Origin: Podarcis cretensis
Lineage: Eukaryota
Assembly (NCBI GenBank): GCA_951804945.1
Contig: OX638164.1
Location: forward strand, 21,700,001 to 21,764,000
DNA length: 64,000 bases
Direction: 5' to 3'
Shown here: positions 24,601 to 61,552 of the stretch, in pieces
Numbering within the stretch: the first letter of the stretch is position 1
Layout: every line of letters starts with the position of its first letter
Made by a program: the position numbers and the translations under genes
Notes under the pieces: model-generated
Told to the model about the DNA's origin: nothing
Seen by the model: the letters and a program-made list of their open reading frames with translations, nothing else
The model's database searches: none

Positions 24601-26606
24601 TCTTTACTTTTGCCCTTTCCAGGAGGTGAAAGGCCTTCCAAGAGAGTATTTACACCTCTGTTGAAAGATGAGTCCGTCATTAATGCTAAGTTCCTAGGTA
24701 GGTGGGTGAACTTGCCTCCATTTATCTATGCAATTTGAAAAGCATCTTCAAATGTCAGTTTGTTGTTGTTTAGTCGTTTAGTCTTGTCTGACTCTTTGTG
24801 ACCCCATGGACCAGAGCACGCCAGGCACTCCTGTCTTCCACTGCCTCCCGCAGTTTGGTCAAACTCATGCTGGTAGCTTCGAGAACACTGTCCAACCATC
24901 TCGTCCTCTGTCGTCCCCTTCTCCTTGTGCCCAGGGTCTTTTCTAGGGAGTCTTCTCTTCTCATGCAAATGTCAGCAGTGGCGTAGCGTGGGGGTGCAGG
25001 GGGGGGCCGGCTGCACCGGGCGCAACATCTGGGGGTTAGGGTTAGGGGGCGCAAATCCACGGGTTAGGGGGCGCAAATTACTTGCCTTGCCCCGGGTGCT
25101 GACAACCCACGCTACGCCACTGAATGTCAGTAGTCAGCCAGAATTGCCATCAGGGCCCAGGGACTGACAACTGTGTGCACTTGCCAGTGAAAGAAGCTAA
25201 GCTTTGTCTGTCCCTGAGCCTAGTTGGCCCTGTCAAAGATGGATCGGTGCCTCTGGACAAAAATACACCTCCCATGCCAAAGAGACATGCCCATTTTCAA
25301 TGTAGGACAATAACTATTCAGAAATGTGGCTTGCCTCTTTGGAACTGGGAACTAGGTTTGTAAAAGGTCCAGCTGTACACTCTGCATGCACATGTCCCTT
25401 TTTAGATCTTCCACCTTCAGATGCAACCAAGAAGGGGTAAAGGGTTTTATGCCCCTTTGATTTCAGTGGAAAATAGGTGAGTGAAACTTTTATGTATACA
25501 TTTTATACTGCTGTCAGAATAGCAGTGGTTTGAGAGCTTTCCATCACTGCTGTGTGGAAACTTCTGGTGGCATCACAGAGGGTGGTCTGTAGCATCATGA
25601 GGACCTTCAGCCACTGTGCCAGAGGGCAGAAGACTGCTCCCTTAGTTAGATAATTGCTGATCCTCTATCTCGCTTTTTCATTGCACCGTTGAATTGCTTT
25701 GGTGAATTATATATTTCTCCTACCTGAAGCTAAGCTAGAGAGCTGGCAAGAGCGCAAAGTCCCCTCTCCGAGAGTAAAATCCAGAAAGACCAACAAAAAA
25801 GCAACCTTGGATATCCCAGCTGCTGAAGGTGAGCTTATAATTATTAAAGAGAACCTCCAGTTTATGACCTTTTGTGAGTCTTGATGGCTAATATAGAATC
25901 ATAAAATGAGTAGAGTTGGAAGGGATTCAGAGGAGCAATTCAGGAAAGATGGCATGTGTTAAATATGGAGAAGTGGAATTACATTTTTAGCCAAGTGAGA
26001 TTAACAAGCACCTTCAGAATCCATAATCAACTTGGTTTACTTATTGTAACCCAGCTATAGCATATGAATTTCAAAACTAGCAGCTCCTTCCCTGAGGACT
26101 GCCAGTCTTTTCATTGTCCAGGGGCAGTCAAGGAACAACGGCCAGGCACTGCAAGTTGCTTCAGGTGAACTGCTGGGTTGAGATATAAGCTTAAAACATA
26201 TTCAATGAATAATGGGTTGCTTTCCCCCTAACATGGTCACAACCAGATTTTAAAGGGTTATATGTATCACCTCAATGTCATCATTTAATGCTAGTTGAAG
26301 ATTGAAGATTGTTGTTGTTTAACATCAAGCAGTATATAAATTTTATGAATTAAATAAATAAATAAGTATTTAATGACCATTCTCTGAATGTACGGTTTGT
26401 TTTACATACAGAGACCAAACTTGACAAAAATCTCACGTTATTGTCCATATTTGCATGAAGTATTTGCTTTCACCACCTTGTTCACAGACGCGTTGGTGCT
26501 TACATGATTATTGTCTCTTTCCACTGTAGGCTTAAGGAATCATTCGCCTCACGGCAGCAGGACAAGAACGCCTGTTGCTTCTCCAAAACAAAGCAGAAAA
26601 TTATGA
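18655..26606 (+). CDS. CXorf65/C22orf15-family small protein (159 aa, 6 coding exons)
   Basis: Exons 18655-18679, 19151-19237, 19613-19729, 24623-24697, 25730-25828, 26530-26606. All introns are GT-AG and phase 1; 480 nt open. Protein: MFVTVLHGENRADIFNIHCEVQRLLDGIKRRCGCEDEDDIELADESGQVKNLLQNKQRSATELLGEREAYVLLGVTRGERPSKRVFTPLLKDESVINAKFLAKLESWQERKVPSPRVKSRKTNKKATLDIPAAEGLRNHSPHGSRTRTPVASPKQSRKL. The pattern MF-x-x-x-x-HG...N-x-x-C...I-x-L-x-D-x-x-G...A-x-x-x-L-x-x-R-x-x-Y-V...F-x-PLL matches my recollection of CXorf65/C22orf15. Confidence 0.85.
19151..19237 (+). CDS. CXorf65/C22orf15-like gene, coding exon 2
   Basis: ggtag acceptor, G|gtacag donor, CpG-rich coding-like composition. Confidence 0.85.
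19613..19729 (+). CDS. CXorf65/C22orf15-like gene, coding exon 3
   Basis: gtttcag acceptor, A|gtaggt donor. Confidence 0.85.
19876..20257 (-). mobile_element. Sauria SINE with TSD ctgtgcatgta
   Basis: Same body and tail; TSD at 19865-19875 and 20258-20268. Confidence 0.9.
20628..24193 (-). mobile_element. L1-clade LINE, 5'-truncated; ORF2 with partial endonuclease, reverse transcriptase and C-terminal CCHC region
   Basis: ORF 20878-24219 has TRIDQIW/SDH endonuclease end, GPDG, YRPISLLN, DAEKAFD, GTRQGCPISP, FADD, YLG and CWKC...H...C motifs; 3' UTR and A-rich tail near 20628. Confidence 0.95.
24623..24697 (+). CDS. CXorf65/C22orf15-like gene, coding exon 4 (RVFTPLLK)
   Basis: ccctttccag acceptor, G|gtaggt donor. 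Confidence 0.85.
24759..24965 (-). mobile_element. Bov-B LINE short 3' fragment with TSD caaatgtcag
   Basis: RGRQRTRWLDSV...EDRSAWRALVHGVTKSQTRL; TSD at 24749-24758 and 24966-24975. Confidence 0.9.
24976..25122 (+). mobile_element. hAT-type MITE with internal TTAGGG-containing repeats
   Basis: TIR CAGTGGCGTAGCGTGG / CCACGCTACGCCACTG, 8-bp TSD aatgtcag. Confidence 0.9.
25730..25828 (+). CDS. CXorf65/C22orf15-like gene, coding exon 5 (basic tail)
   Basis: ttctcctacctgaag acceptor, G|gtgagc donor, phase continuity. Confidence 0.7.
26530..26606 (+). CDS. CXorf65/C22orf15-like gene, last coding exon
   Basis: ctctttccactgtag acceptor, in-frame TGA at 26604-26606. Confidence 0.7.
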
Positions 26607-27791
26607 TCTCTTGTTGGATCTGAAATCGGAATCTCTTCCAGTTTGTGGAAATGCACCTGTTCATGTATGTTCCAGCGTGTCCCCTGCTCTGAGCTTGAGT
26701 CCACATAACAAGGCAGGCCAGGATTCTGAAGCCTGCATTATAATTCGCTGCCTTGGCACAAAACAGCCAATCAGGTGTGAGGTGGGGCTGGCTGAAGTGT
26801 ATATAAATCAGATCCTGTCCCCTGTTTCCCTCAATCTGTTTCTGATGTCTTACTAAAGCCTTTAAGCTGAAATGCTGCCTCTCGCTCGAACCAAAGCTGG
26901 ATCTAGACACATCAAAAAAGCGTTTCAGTTAAACGCGTACATTTAAACAGGGAAATCCGGTAGGTAAAAACGGGACTCCACAGCACCATCTGGTGGCACA
27001 GTGTTATATTGCATATACAACACATATAAATTGCTTTTTCTTTACCAATCTAGCTGAGTCCCTACGTATACCTTTTTCTGTTTCTTTGTGCAAATGTGAA
27101 TTTTTAGGCACCTTACCTGACAATAAGGTGCCTTGAATGCTGTAGGACTTACTTCTGAGTAAACAGGGATTATAACATTGTACTGTAGATGTGCTTGATT
27201 GGACAGGGTTGGGGAACCTGTGATCCTCCAGATGTTTCTTTTTGTCTCAATATGTACAAGTTTGACTAAGGTTAATTCAACAAAAGGCATTCTCCACTAT
27301 GTTTCTCGCTCTTTGCCTCAACCGTTGTAGGAACAATTTTGTGAGTCAGCCAGTGCTACAGCCATTCTGCACCAGAATTCCCCAAGGCTTATTTCTGAGA
27401 GTTGTTTCCAATCTTACTCCTCCTAGAAATAGTAATAAAAAGAGATGGTGCTTTTGAGCACACTGGTGATATTTCACAGTCAAGGGAAGCTGCTATACCA
27501 AGGATGGTGCAAGACTGTTAAGGAATGATGTATGGAGATGTGAGAAACCAGGTCATGACCTTCTCCAAAGAACAGATTAATAAATAATATTTTTAGAAAT
27601 AATACAACAAAATCCAAAATACAGTTCACCAAGGAATAAATTCCTCTGTTCCATCCAGACTTCTTTTAGGTCAGTCAGATGACTTTGAAACTAAATGGTT
27701 ATTGGCTAATGTTGACATTTAAAAAAAATTAGTTTATTGTATTGCATTTCTTTCCGACCAAGCTGGTACATGGTTCTCCCCTTCTCATTTA

Positions 27792-28050
27792 CCGTATTTT
27801 TCGCTCTATAAGGCGCACCAGAGCACAAGACGCACCTAATTTTTGGAGGAGGAAAACAAGAAAAAAAATATTCTGAATCTCAGAAGCCAGAACAGCAAGA
27901 GGGATCGCTGCGCAGTGAAAGCAGCAATCCCTCTTGCTGTTCTGGCTTCTGGGATAGCTGCGCAGCCTGCATTCGCTCCATAAGACGCACACACATTTCC
28001 CCTTACTTTTTAGGAGGGAAAAAGTGAGTCTTATGGAGCAAAAAATACAG
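27792..28050. mobile_element. Tc1/mariner-type MITE nested in a MIR-like SINE
   Basis: TIR CCGTATTTTTCGCTCTATAAG / CTTATGGAGCAAAAAATACAG, TA TSD; joined flanks resemble the SINE at about 50100-50250. Confidence 0.75.
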
Positions 28051-28392
28051 TAATTCCCCAGACAACCCATGAGGCTGGTTAGGTTGAGAAGCAATGACTG
28101 GCCCGAGGTGGCCCCAGTGAATTTCATAGCTGAGTAGGGATTCGAACCCTGGTCTTCTAGGTCCTAACTGCTACACCACTTTGGTTATAGCAGCATGGGA
28201 GTTGCAGGCTACTTTTTGACCCAAAGCAGTGTTGACTGTCAAGGGACTTTTAAAAATCTAAGTAGTTGGAGGAACCTTTGAATTTTAAGTTTTGATAATC
28301 TGCACTTCTGAAAATCAATGTGCTTCATCTCACTCTTGGAATACCTTAGTGCAGGTTTTTTGGCTGTGTGGGTGTGTGGGTGTGTAGTGATA

Positions 28393-28611
28393 CAGTGGTA
28401 CCTCCGGTTGCACATGGGATCCATTCTGGAGCTCCAGCCAGATCCCGAGGAATTCTCAACCAAAGGTGCCTGTTCTGTGCATGCGCGTGGCATCGTAGAG
28501 CACTTCAGCACATGCGTGTGTGGCAAAACCCAGAAAAATACTTCCAGTTTTGCCGTGTGTGTAACCTGAAGGATATGCAACCAGAGGTGTGCGTATCCAG
28601 AGGTACCACTG
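28393..28611. mobile_element. Tc1/mariner MITE, related family
   Basis: TIR CAGTGGTACCTC, TA TSD. Confidence 0.8.

Positions 28612-28619
<8 letters not shown>

Positions 28620-28655
<36 letters not shown>
28620..28655. repeat. (GT)n microsatellite
   Basis: Seen directly. Confidence 0.95.
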
Positions 28656-28658
<3 letters not shown>

Positions 28659-29014
28659 AGTCTGCTGCCTTGTGGGATATCTTCGGGAGAAGAAAAGGCT
28701 AAGAAGAAAACCATACACAAGTCCAGAGTGGAGTTCCTAAGATGGTTGGATGGTACTTTGTACGCCTTCTTCCAGTAACTCCTGCAGCCAAGCTGGTGCC
28801 AAATGTATTGCTATCCTTTCCCTTGGACCACATCAGTGAGGCTGAGAGGGTGTGTCTTGTCATCTGGGCAATCCAGGACCTCCATACACACTGTCCAGGC
28901 TTGTACCCCAGGGAGGTCACTTCAGTGATGCTAACACAGCAGTTTGATTTCACCCCTGGCAGCACATTCTATTGTCTCTGAAGATGGATGACACCAACAT
29001 TGGCTGCAAATAAT

Positions 29015-29200
29015 ATTGGACTGGCTGAATGTGGTAAGCACATGCACTGCATGCAGAAGGTCCCGGATTCAATTCCTGGCATCTCATGGTAGGACTGGAC
29101 GAAACCCCTTTCTAAAACCCTGGAGAGCAGCTGCCAGTCAGTGTAGGCAATCATGAGCTAAATGGGCCAGCAATCTGGCTTGGTGCATAGCAGCTTCCTC
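29015..29200 (+). mobile_element. tRNA-derived SINE (related reverse copy at about 52180-52365)
   Basis: gcacatg...tgcatgcagaaggtcccggattcaattcctggcatctc head. Confidence 0.6.
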
Positions 29201-31625
29201 TTGCAAACAGCATGACTGGAGAATGGAGGTTAGATAACTAGTAGATTATAAAGGGTTGTTCATTGAAACCCTATCTCCATAATTATATGAAGTTCTGCCC
29301 AACTCCATCTGGGTTTCAGAGCTTGATTCAGCACTGGCAACATTGCGCGTGCAATGCTTTTGTTTGCAATCATCAGAACTGGAAGGTTTGTTTCTCTCTC
29401 TCTCTTTTGTATAGCATGCTGCATTGAAACAGTTTGGGGCTATGTTGAAGATCAAAGTTGAGAGAGAAAGAGGCCCTCTTTTAAGAGGAAACTAGAAAAC
29501 TCCAGTGGATTTTCTCAAAGTTGAAGGTTTACAAGGTTAATTTCCAAGAGATCTGTTTCTCTTTGGAGTTGGGAGTGATCGAACAAATGCTGTCTGGGTA
29601 ATTTCTAAGTAAATGGAGTGGAAAAACAGGTGTCAATCATTCTCTGCCTTTTTGTTATCAAGATAGGCTTCAGATCAGGACATTCCTCAACTGCTGTAAT
29701 CAAGTGGTGTGCTTGTTGAAGTAGAAGAGAAAGTTTACAATAAATCATAGAATCAGTCCGGCTTTTTTCAGTTGGAATTCGCCAGAACTCAGTTCTGGCA
29801 TCTCTCAGGTGAGTTCTATTGCTATTCTAAGAGAACCAGGGAGGCATTCATGGTGAATTCCCGCACCTCTTTTTTAAGAAAAATATCACTGAATCAGAAT
29901 TGTAAAGTTGGAAGGGACCCCAAGATCATCTGGTCCAAACTCCTACAATGCAGGAATCACAGCCAACAAATCCTCTGGTCTATCAAGACCTGCCAGAGAA
30001 AACCCTTTGTTCTTTTGCCAATGTTTTAAGAGTAGGTGAATATAGAATGGAGTTGCATTAATAAGAGAAGCTGCAGATCCCTCTCATTGTTATAAATAAA
30101 TTCATCATAGTAGCCTAACCTTCCCCATTTTGTATGACAGCTGAGAAAGGAGAGGCCTGTAAGTTGATTGTTATTTATTTTTAAATAAATGCATAGGCCG
30201 CCTTTTGGGGGCATAGCTCACTCCATGTGGCTCACAATACCATTACATAACATAAATGAGCCAGGAATGGTCATGGAATTAATTTCTGATACAGACATGG
30301 GCCTTAAGGGGCTATGTTGATGAAATATACAGTCACTGTCAGTCACAAAGGAACAATGGATGTGTTGCTTAGATTGGGGTTGCACGAAACAATACTCTCT
30401 GACTTCCTTGGAACATTTTGTTCACCTGCACTCTCAAAAATAAATGGCACTTGACACCTCGGCATCTTCACACACAAATTCTATTGCAATTAGGCTGCTA
30501 GAAAGTTAAATTGGGGGTGATTTAAACTCTGTAAATGTGCATTGCGGTTTTCAATACTGCTTTGATTTAGCTTCGGTGGAAACAAGTCTGTATCTTGTTC
30601 TGATCTGAGCAGATGGAGCAGCCACATGCAGACTTGATGAAGATAAGGCATTTTTTCCATGTGAAAGGTCTAGTATCCTCAGGTAAAGTAGTGAACTGTG
30701 CTCTCCCTTTGTTCCTTCACAAGAATGTGGTGTTTCTGTTTATAAGTGTTTCTTGGGAACGTACCAGACCATTTAATTTCAAAGGGGCCCATAGTGGGCA
30801 ACAGCACAGAGCAGGTTAGGATATTATCCAGCAAAGGAGCCAGCTGACAAACAGTAAAACAAAGCCACTTCTTTGCCAACTTTGAAGCCAGGTGACCATC
30901 ACCTTGTTTGAACTTTTGCTTGCTGCTGTGAATAGGAATTATTCATCCAAATGTGTCTGTGTGGTTCCTAGGTGTAAAACGATGTCCGTCTAAATCATTT
31001 CCACCATATTCACAAAGATTGTTCATTGGAGCCTGGGTCATATGTGGAAATCTAAAAAAGAAACATTGTGGGATCCCACAAATAGAAGGAAATCTGCTGA
31101 TTTCGCACACATACAGCAGGAAAAATACCTGCACACACCCCAAAACAAAACATAGACCAAAAAACCATCTACTCACTGAAAACAAGCCCCCAACCGTAAA
31201 TGTTTAAAATTAAAATACTGGGAGATTCTGAGAAGATTGGAATGCACCAAAATCTAAGTGTGTCACACTGGGAACCCCAGCATCAAAGCAACTTTTGCCA
31301 TGCTGGGACTCAGCTATACAGCTGCAAATATAACATTTTAACAGTGCTTTAAGTGCATTGTACATAAGTGACACTAGATTGCGCTGGTGAGCTAATGGCA
31401 AATTCCATATATATTAAAAAAATTAAAAAGCATTTTCTCAACATTTTTTATATGTGTTTAGATTCAGCCGTGGTCTTGTTACCAAGGTGGAGACCTAACT
31501 GAAAAGTGTTCAGAAAAGATGTGTTCCCCAGGCTGACTGCATCAGCAACGCATGCCATTTGGCTCTGATTAATATAATGGGTACGTTTTTGGTACTTTAT
31601 TTCAGTACTATGAAGCCTTCCCATG

Positions 31626-31715
31626 CATAGCTGTCAACTTTCCCCTTTTTTAAAGGGAAATTCCCTTATTCTGAATAGGATTCCTCGCAATAAAAGGGAA
31701 AGGTTGACAGCTATG
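31626..31715. mobile_element. 90-bp hAT MITE
   Basis: TIR CATAGCTGTCAAC / GTTGACAGCTATG, perfect 8-bp TSD ttcccatg. Confidence 0.85.
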
Positions 31716-32380
31716 TTCCCATGTCACATAAAAACAGTGACATTTATGAATGACAAACAGATGCCCGTTAAGGCACATCTATAAGAGCCCATTGTTACAG
31801 GAGAATGCATTACTTGAAGCCAGATTCTTAGTTGCAAACTTTCCATTCATTTGCAAATCAGAGTTTAGAGATGAATTCCCATAACATTTGGAAGGGGAAG
31901 AGAGGAGCTTGGGATGTGCCAGTTGAAACTTGCACTTTCAATTTAAAAAAAACACTACACCAACGACTCCTACACACTTTATAAAAGCACAGGAGGGGCG
32001 GGGCAGGGTGGAAAGCCAAGGATTTCAAATGTGAGCAATTGAAAAAGGAAAGCAGGATGGACTGGTTGGGCCATTTCCATAACAACTTAGTATGGAATGG
32101 CATTAAAGGCATTTGACTTAGGAGTTCCAAAAATGTAACTCCTGGTAGCCGTACAGACACTGTTCATCATGGCTCTTGCTTTTGCTTCAGACTTGCTGCA
32201 GTGCCAAGTCTCAGATTGGAATGCTGCCTTCATTACAGACAGCAATAAAAGCAGAACTTGAAAGGTCTTGAATATATCCTCTTCACCACCTAATGGGGAT
32301 TAAGCTCTTTGTGCAGAAAAGGGCAAGCTGTGTTCCAGCAGATGATGCAGTTGCAGTGATCACTATGGGTGGGGGTTAGA

Positions 32381-32523
32381 CAGCTGGGATTGCTCAGTTG
32401 GTAGAGCATGAGACTCTCAATCTCAGAGTTGTGGGTTTGAGCCCCACACTGGGCAAAATTTTCCTGCATTGCTGGATGACTCTTGTGGTCCCTTCCAACT
32501 CTACAAATTATGCGATTCTGTGA
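32381..32523 (+). mobile_element. tRNA-derived SINE with CR1-like 3' tail
   Basis: Head GCTCAGTTGGTAGAGCATGAGACTCT...GGGTTTGAGCCCCAC, tail GGTCCCTTCCAACTCT...ATTCTGTGA. Confidence 0.75.
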
Positions 32524-32660
32524 AGCACCAGCCTGGTGAGTAGCCATTTGTAGCCTTTTCCATGAAGAATGAGGAGGCGAGAAAGGTGGGGTATAAATGT
32601 AATAATAAATAAATCAAGACCCAGACAGAAGAAGCAGGAGCTTTTTTGTAAAAAGTTATT

Positions 32661-32666
32661 TTTATT
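32661..32666 (-). terminator. Candidate ATP12A polyadenylation signal (AATAAA)
   Basis: First minus-strand AATAAA I found downstream of the stop codon, about 460 nt away. Confidence 0.45.
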
Positions 32667-33127
32667 ATCAAATTGTGATTGTACAGCATAAACCTCAGCA
32701 ACCCCACCTCTGGTTTGCACCAGCAGGCTCACAGTTGGACTGCTGTAGGCGACATCGTATGAACAAAAATGCAACTTTTAAGAAACCTAGTGCAAGACAG
32801 CGCCTTTATATTATTGCTGCGACAAACGGGCGGTTTCTTTCATTCTATATACAAGGGGGTTTCCTTTCCTTTGGACAGTTGCACACTTTAAACAAGAAGG
32901 GGTTAGGTGTTATAAAAATAGATAGCATTCAAGTTGGCAACCCAAGGGTAAGCTTTTACAGTACAGTTCAGATCTGCTTCGGATCTCCTACTTCTCTCTC
33001 TCAATTCTGATGAGATTCCTTCGCAATTGGTTGATATTGCACAGGCAAGCACCTTCAAGCAGCCGCTGCCAGAAGAGATAACCAAGTTGCCGTCTCCAGG
33101 GTGGAGAAACGAGTGACGGAGACGCTT

Positions 33128-58007
<24,880 letters not shown>

Positions 58008-60706
58008 GGTAGACTTCCTCTTTCTTTGACCTGGTGGAGCAATGGATGTCTCTCAGCCAAATAAATGTACCAAGTGAAGGCTCTTGGGTGAAAAAGTCAA
58101 GAGCCAATGAGCTCTGAGAGGGAGCAATGCTGGAACACAAGCTCACAGGGCTTGTAGCCTCCAGGAGAGTTAATGTTAGCTGGCTTCTTGTCCACACTTA
58201 AGCATCCTCTAGACAGGACAGGCTCACCTTCCAGAGCCCTGTGGGAAGAGACTGCTGCCTGCTGGCCCTTATGAATGTTGCCAAGCCACACCTCTTTAGC
58301 TGTCTGAGGCCAGCCCATTCTCTGCTTCATCAAATAGTAGGTGGAAAAATACCTCAGTAATGGGCATATGAGTTCCAGGTCAGGGCTTCTAATTACGCTT
58401 TGGCAATACTTTTTCCTCCACGAGGAAGCAAGGGCAACTTAGCATCTTTTGATCTACTCATGAGCTTCCTTCAAGACATCACTTTGACTCCCTGCTTTGT
58501 TCTAAAGGAAATCAATCCCCACACTTCATTGCCTTCCTTTCCAGATGTGCTGGGAGTACAAGGAGAGAGGAGAGATGGCTTAAAGTAATTTGTGGACTGT
58601 CATAGGTCTGGCAACACCTAGTTGGGCTCATCTGCATCATTGTAATTCAAGATACTTAGAAAATGCTAGGATTCTTTTTGCAGCCCTTAAATCTTAAGAA
58701 TGCAAGCCACAAGACTTTACAAGAGCAAGCAATCACAAGGCAGAGTTATATATTTTTTTCAGGGTTGATGTTGTAGTATTCAGCAGTTCTCTAAGAGGAA
58801 TGGAACCTGCTCCGGGTGGGGGGAAGATTTATTACTTATTTTAAAACTGAGTGATGTTTATCAGCAAACCAGGAAAGATCAGTTTCCTAAAGTCTAAGGC
58901 ATTTATGCTAAGGCAAGAGAAATCAAGTAAAAGTGTAATGAATGTTTTGTTCACAACAGGGCAATCAGTGGGAAAGAAGAGTCTAGCAGATTTCCTTATT
59001 TCTTATTTCAGTGTATACCTACTGGGATTATAGAACAAAAAATGCTGTTTGTTGTGTGAATTGGGGCTCCTTTGCATTTTCTCAATCTGTTGCTGATTAG
59101 TTGCATTGGGTCGCCCCAAATTTTAGGACAGAGGGAGAAAAAAATATGTCTCTGTCCATTATTTCCAAATTCAGAACTTTATAAACCTCATTCACAGGGG
59201 TAGCCAACATGGTGCCCTTCAGATGTCAGACTACAGTTCTGATCATTCCTGACCATTGACCATGCTAGTTGGAGCTATTGGGATTTGTAATGAATAACAT
59301 CTGATAAGCATCATGTTATCTACACCTGCCTTCATGGTCCCCTTATTCTTTAGTCTGAACTAAAGAGCCCTCAAATGCTTTAGCTTTTACTTATAGGGAA
59401 AGTTCTTCACTGTTACAATCATTTCACAATTCAGTTATGTTCATATTTGTGCAGAAGACACTGTGTTCACTGAAACCTATTCCCAGGGAAGGATTGTAGC
59501 CTCAGTTGTGACTTTCTCAACTCTGCACTGTTTCTGAGATGGGGCAACTAAAATTATACCAAATATTCAATATATCATTGGTGTATTGGTTCAGGAAGAG
59601 CAGATTAGGTTTGCATTAAAATGTGAGCTGAGCTGAATTAATTCCTGGATTTATACTAAGGTATTGTAGCATCAATAGTTCTATCACTTTCACCATCAAT
59701 ATCCTCATTAATAACTACATAATGTAAACTCCATCCTTGTCTGTTTCACTTCCGCTGTAAACTGCATGGGTGTTTTTCTCTGAGCTGTCCACCATGACCC
59801 CAATCTCTTTTGCAGGAAATATACATGTCCAATTTAGACCCTAGAAATGTATGAAATGAGGATTTTCCCTATATACTTCATATATAAGAAATAAGTCTCA
59901 TTCTTCATTCCCATACATTGATTCCCTTTTACCTTTCTGTTTGCTCATTTATATGGTGTTGAGACAACTTGTGGAGTACTTCACATCATGATAATTTGGT
60001 TATTTCACTGCTCACCTTTGACTCCAGATCATTTAAAAAAAAACCCCACTGATGATACTTGGGAACCCTTACTGCTTCATTTCCTCCTTTGTAAACATTG
60101 CCTGTTGGCTATATAATCAACCTCTACCAATTTACTTGGGAAAGAGATTAGCTCAACAGATCTGTAGCTTCCTGGTTCCTAGTCCTCTGTTATGGAAACT
60201 GATTTTGATCATCCCCTTGGTGCCCCACTAAGTCATGTGGGGGCTTACAGAGACCATTACCTTTCCAGTTGTGGCACCTTGCTTGCAAAAATATCTCCCA
60301 GGGAAGCTTTGGGCAGCTCAATACATTTTGCGGCCTTAAGCAAAGGAAAAGATGGTATCACTTCTCCATTACATGTACAGAAGCCAACTGGAGTAGAAGC
60401 TGACTCTTACATCAATGGTAGTGACATCACCATGTCCTCCGGCATCTGCAAGGGCAGCAGACTGATTTAGGGGTCACAGTGTTGGCCACACAGAGGGGAG
60501 CAGTTACTCTCACTGCTACCCACACAAACACACCCTCAGCAATTTGCTCCTCAGAGTCTTCCTTCGCATTCATTATTATTATCTTCCTTTCTTTTTCTTT
60601 TTTGGCCAGAATTCTTGCTCTTTTTAATTTCCTTCATTTGTACAAAACATACTTTTTTAACAAAAGCTCAGCCTTTTATAGCTTCCTTATTGAGCTATGC
60701 TGGTAT

Positions 60707-61065
60707 CAGGACCAGATTTAGGTCTGATGAGGCCCTAAGCTACTGAAGGTAATAGGGCCCTTTATATGTCCAGCTGTCCTTTGTCAACAACAAATTGTCT
60801 CTGTTTTTTGTGTTGAATATATGCTATATGGTAATTTATGGACCTAATAGGTATCTAAAGCCACATAACAAAATACATACATCATAGAAGCCTACACAAC
60901 ACAAAACACTGCTGCTGTATGTAGGTTTTCTTTTATTTGTTTTTTATCTTATATTTTGGAAATGTATACCCAGTTGTTGTTTTTCCTTTAATTTTTTTGG
61001 GGGTGCCCCAGGAGAGTGGGGCCCTAAGCTATAGCTTGTTTAGCTTATATGTAAATCCAGCCCTG
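60707..61065. mobile_element. hAT MITE
   Basis: Termini CAGGACCAGATTTA / TAAATCCAGCCCTG, perfect 8-bp TSD gctggtat. Confidence 0.8.
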
Positions 61066-61387
61066 GCTGGTATCCATGTGCCCTTTTTACTCATACTATC
61101 AAGGCTTTTGTCATACTGTTTTTAAATAACCTCCTGGCTTCCTGAAGAGATTCAACACTCTGGACTTCTCCTTCAACTCCTTTTTAACCCACTACCTTAT
61201 TTTAGAGAAATCCCATCTTCTGACATTTCCCCTTAATATTCCCTTTTCTGGTAATTCCTAGTGGTGAATTAATGGTGATTCCCAGTGGTTTCCAGCTCAA
61301 TAGTTACATCTCTAATAACTGGAGCCTGGATACCACTCTCTATAAAATGAATGCCCATCTCCTCTTGCTAAGTGTTCTATAGGACAG

Positions 61388-61552
61388 TGGGACACAGGCC
61401 GCACTGTGTTCTAAACCACTGAGCCTCTTGGGCCTGCCGATCAAAAGGTCGGCAGTTTGAATCCCCATGGTGGGGTGAGCTGCCGTTGCTCTGTCCCAGC
61501 TCCTGCAAACCTAGCAATTCAAAGACACACCAGTGCAGGTAGATAAATAGGA
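61388..61552 (+). mobile_element. Sauria SINE, 5' fragment
   Basis: Head through GTAGATAAATAGG, 3' part missing. Confidence 0.75.

Noticed and set aside
25030-25075. Interstitial telomere or chromosome fusion scar
   Set aside because: Only a few TTAGGG units, and they lie inside a MITE with TIRs and TSD
26575-26856. 93-aa ORF as a separate gene
   Set aside because: Overlaps the last exon and 3' UTR of the small gene in another frame, with an in-frame stop just after the acceptor
32381-32455. tRNA gene
   Set aside because: Degenerate cloverleaf runs into a CR1-like tail with no terminator, so it is a SINE head
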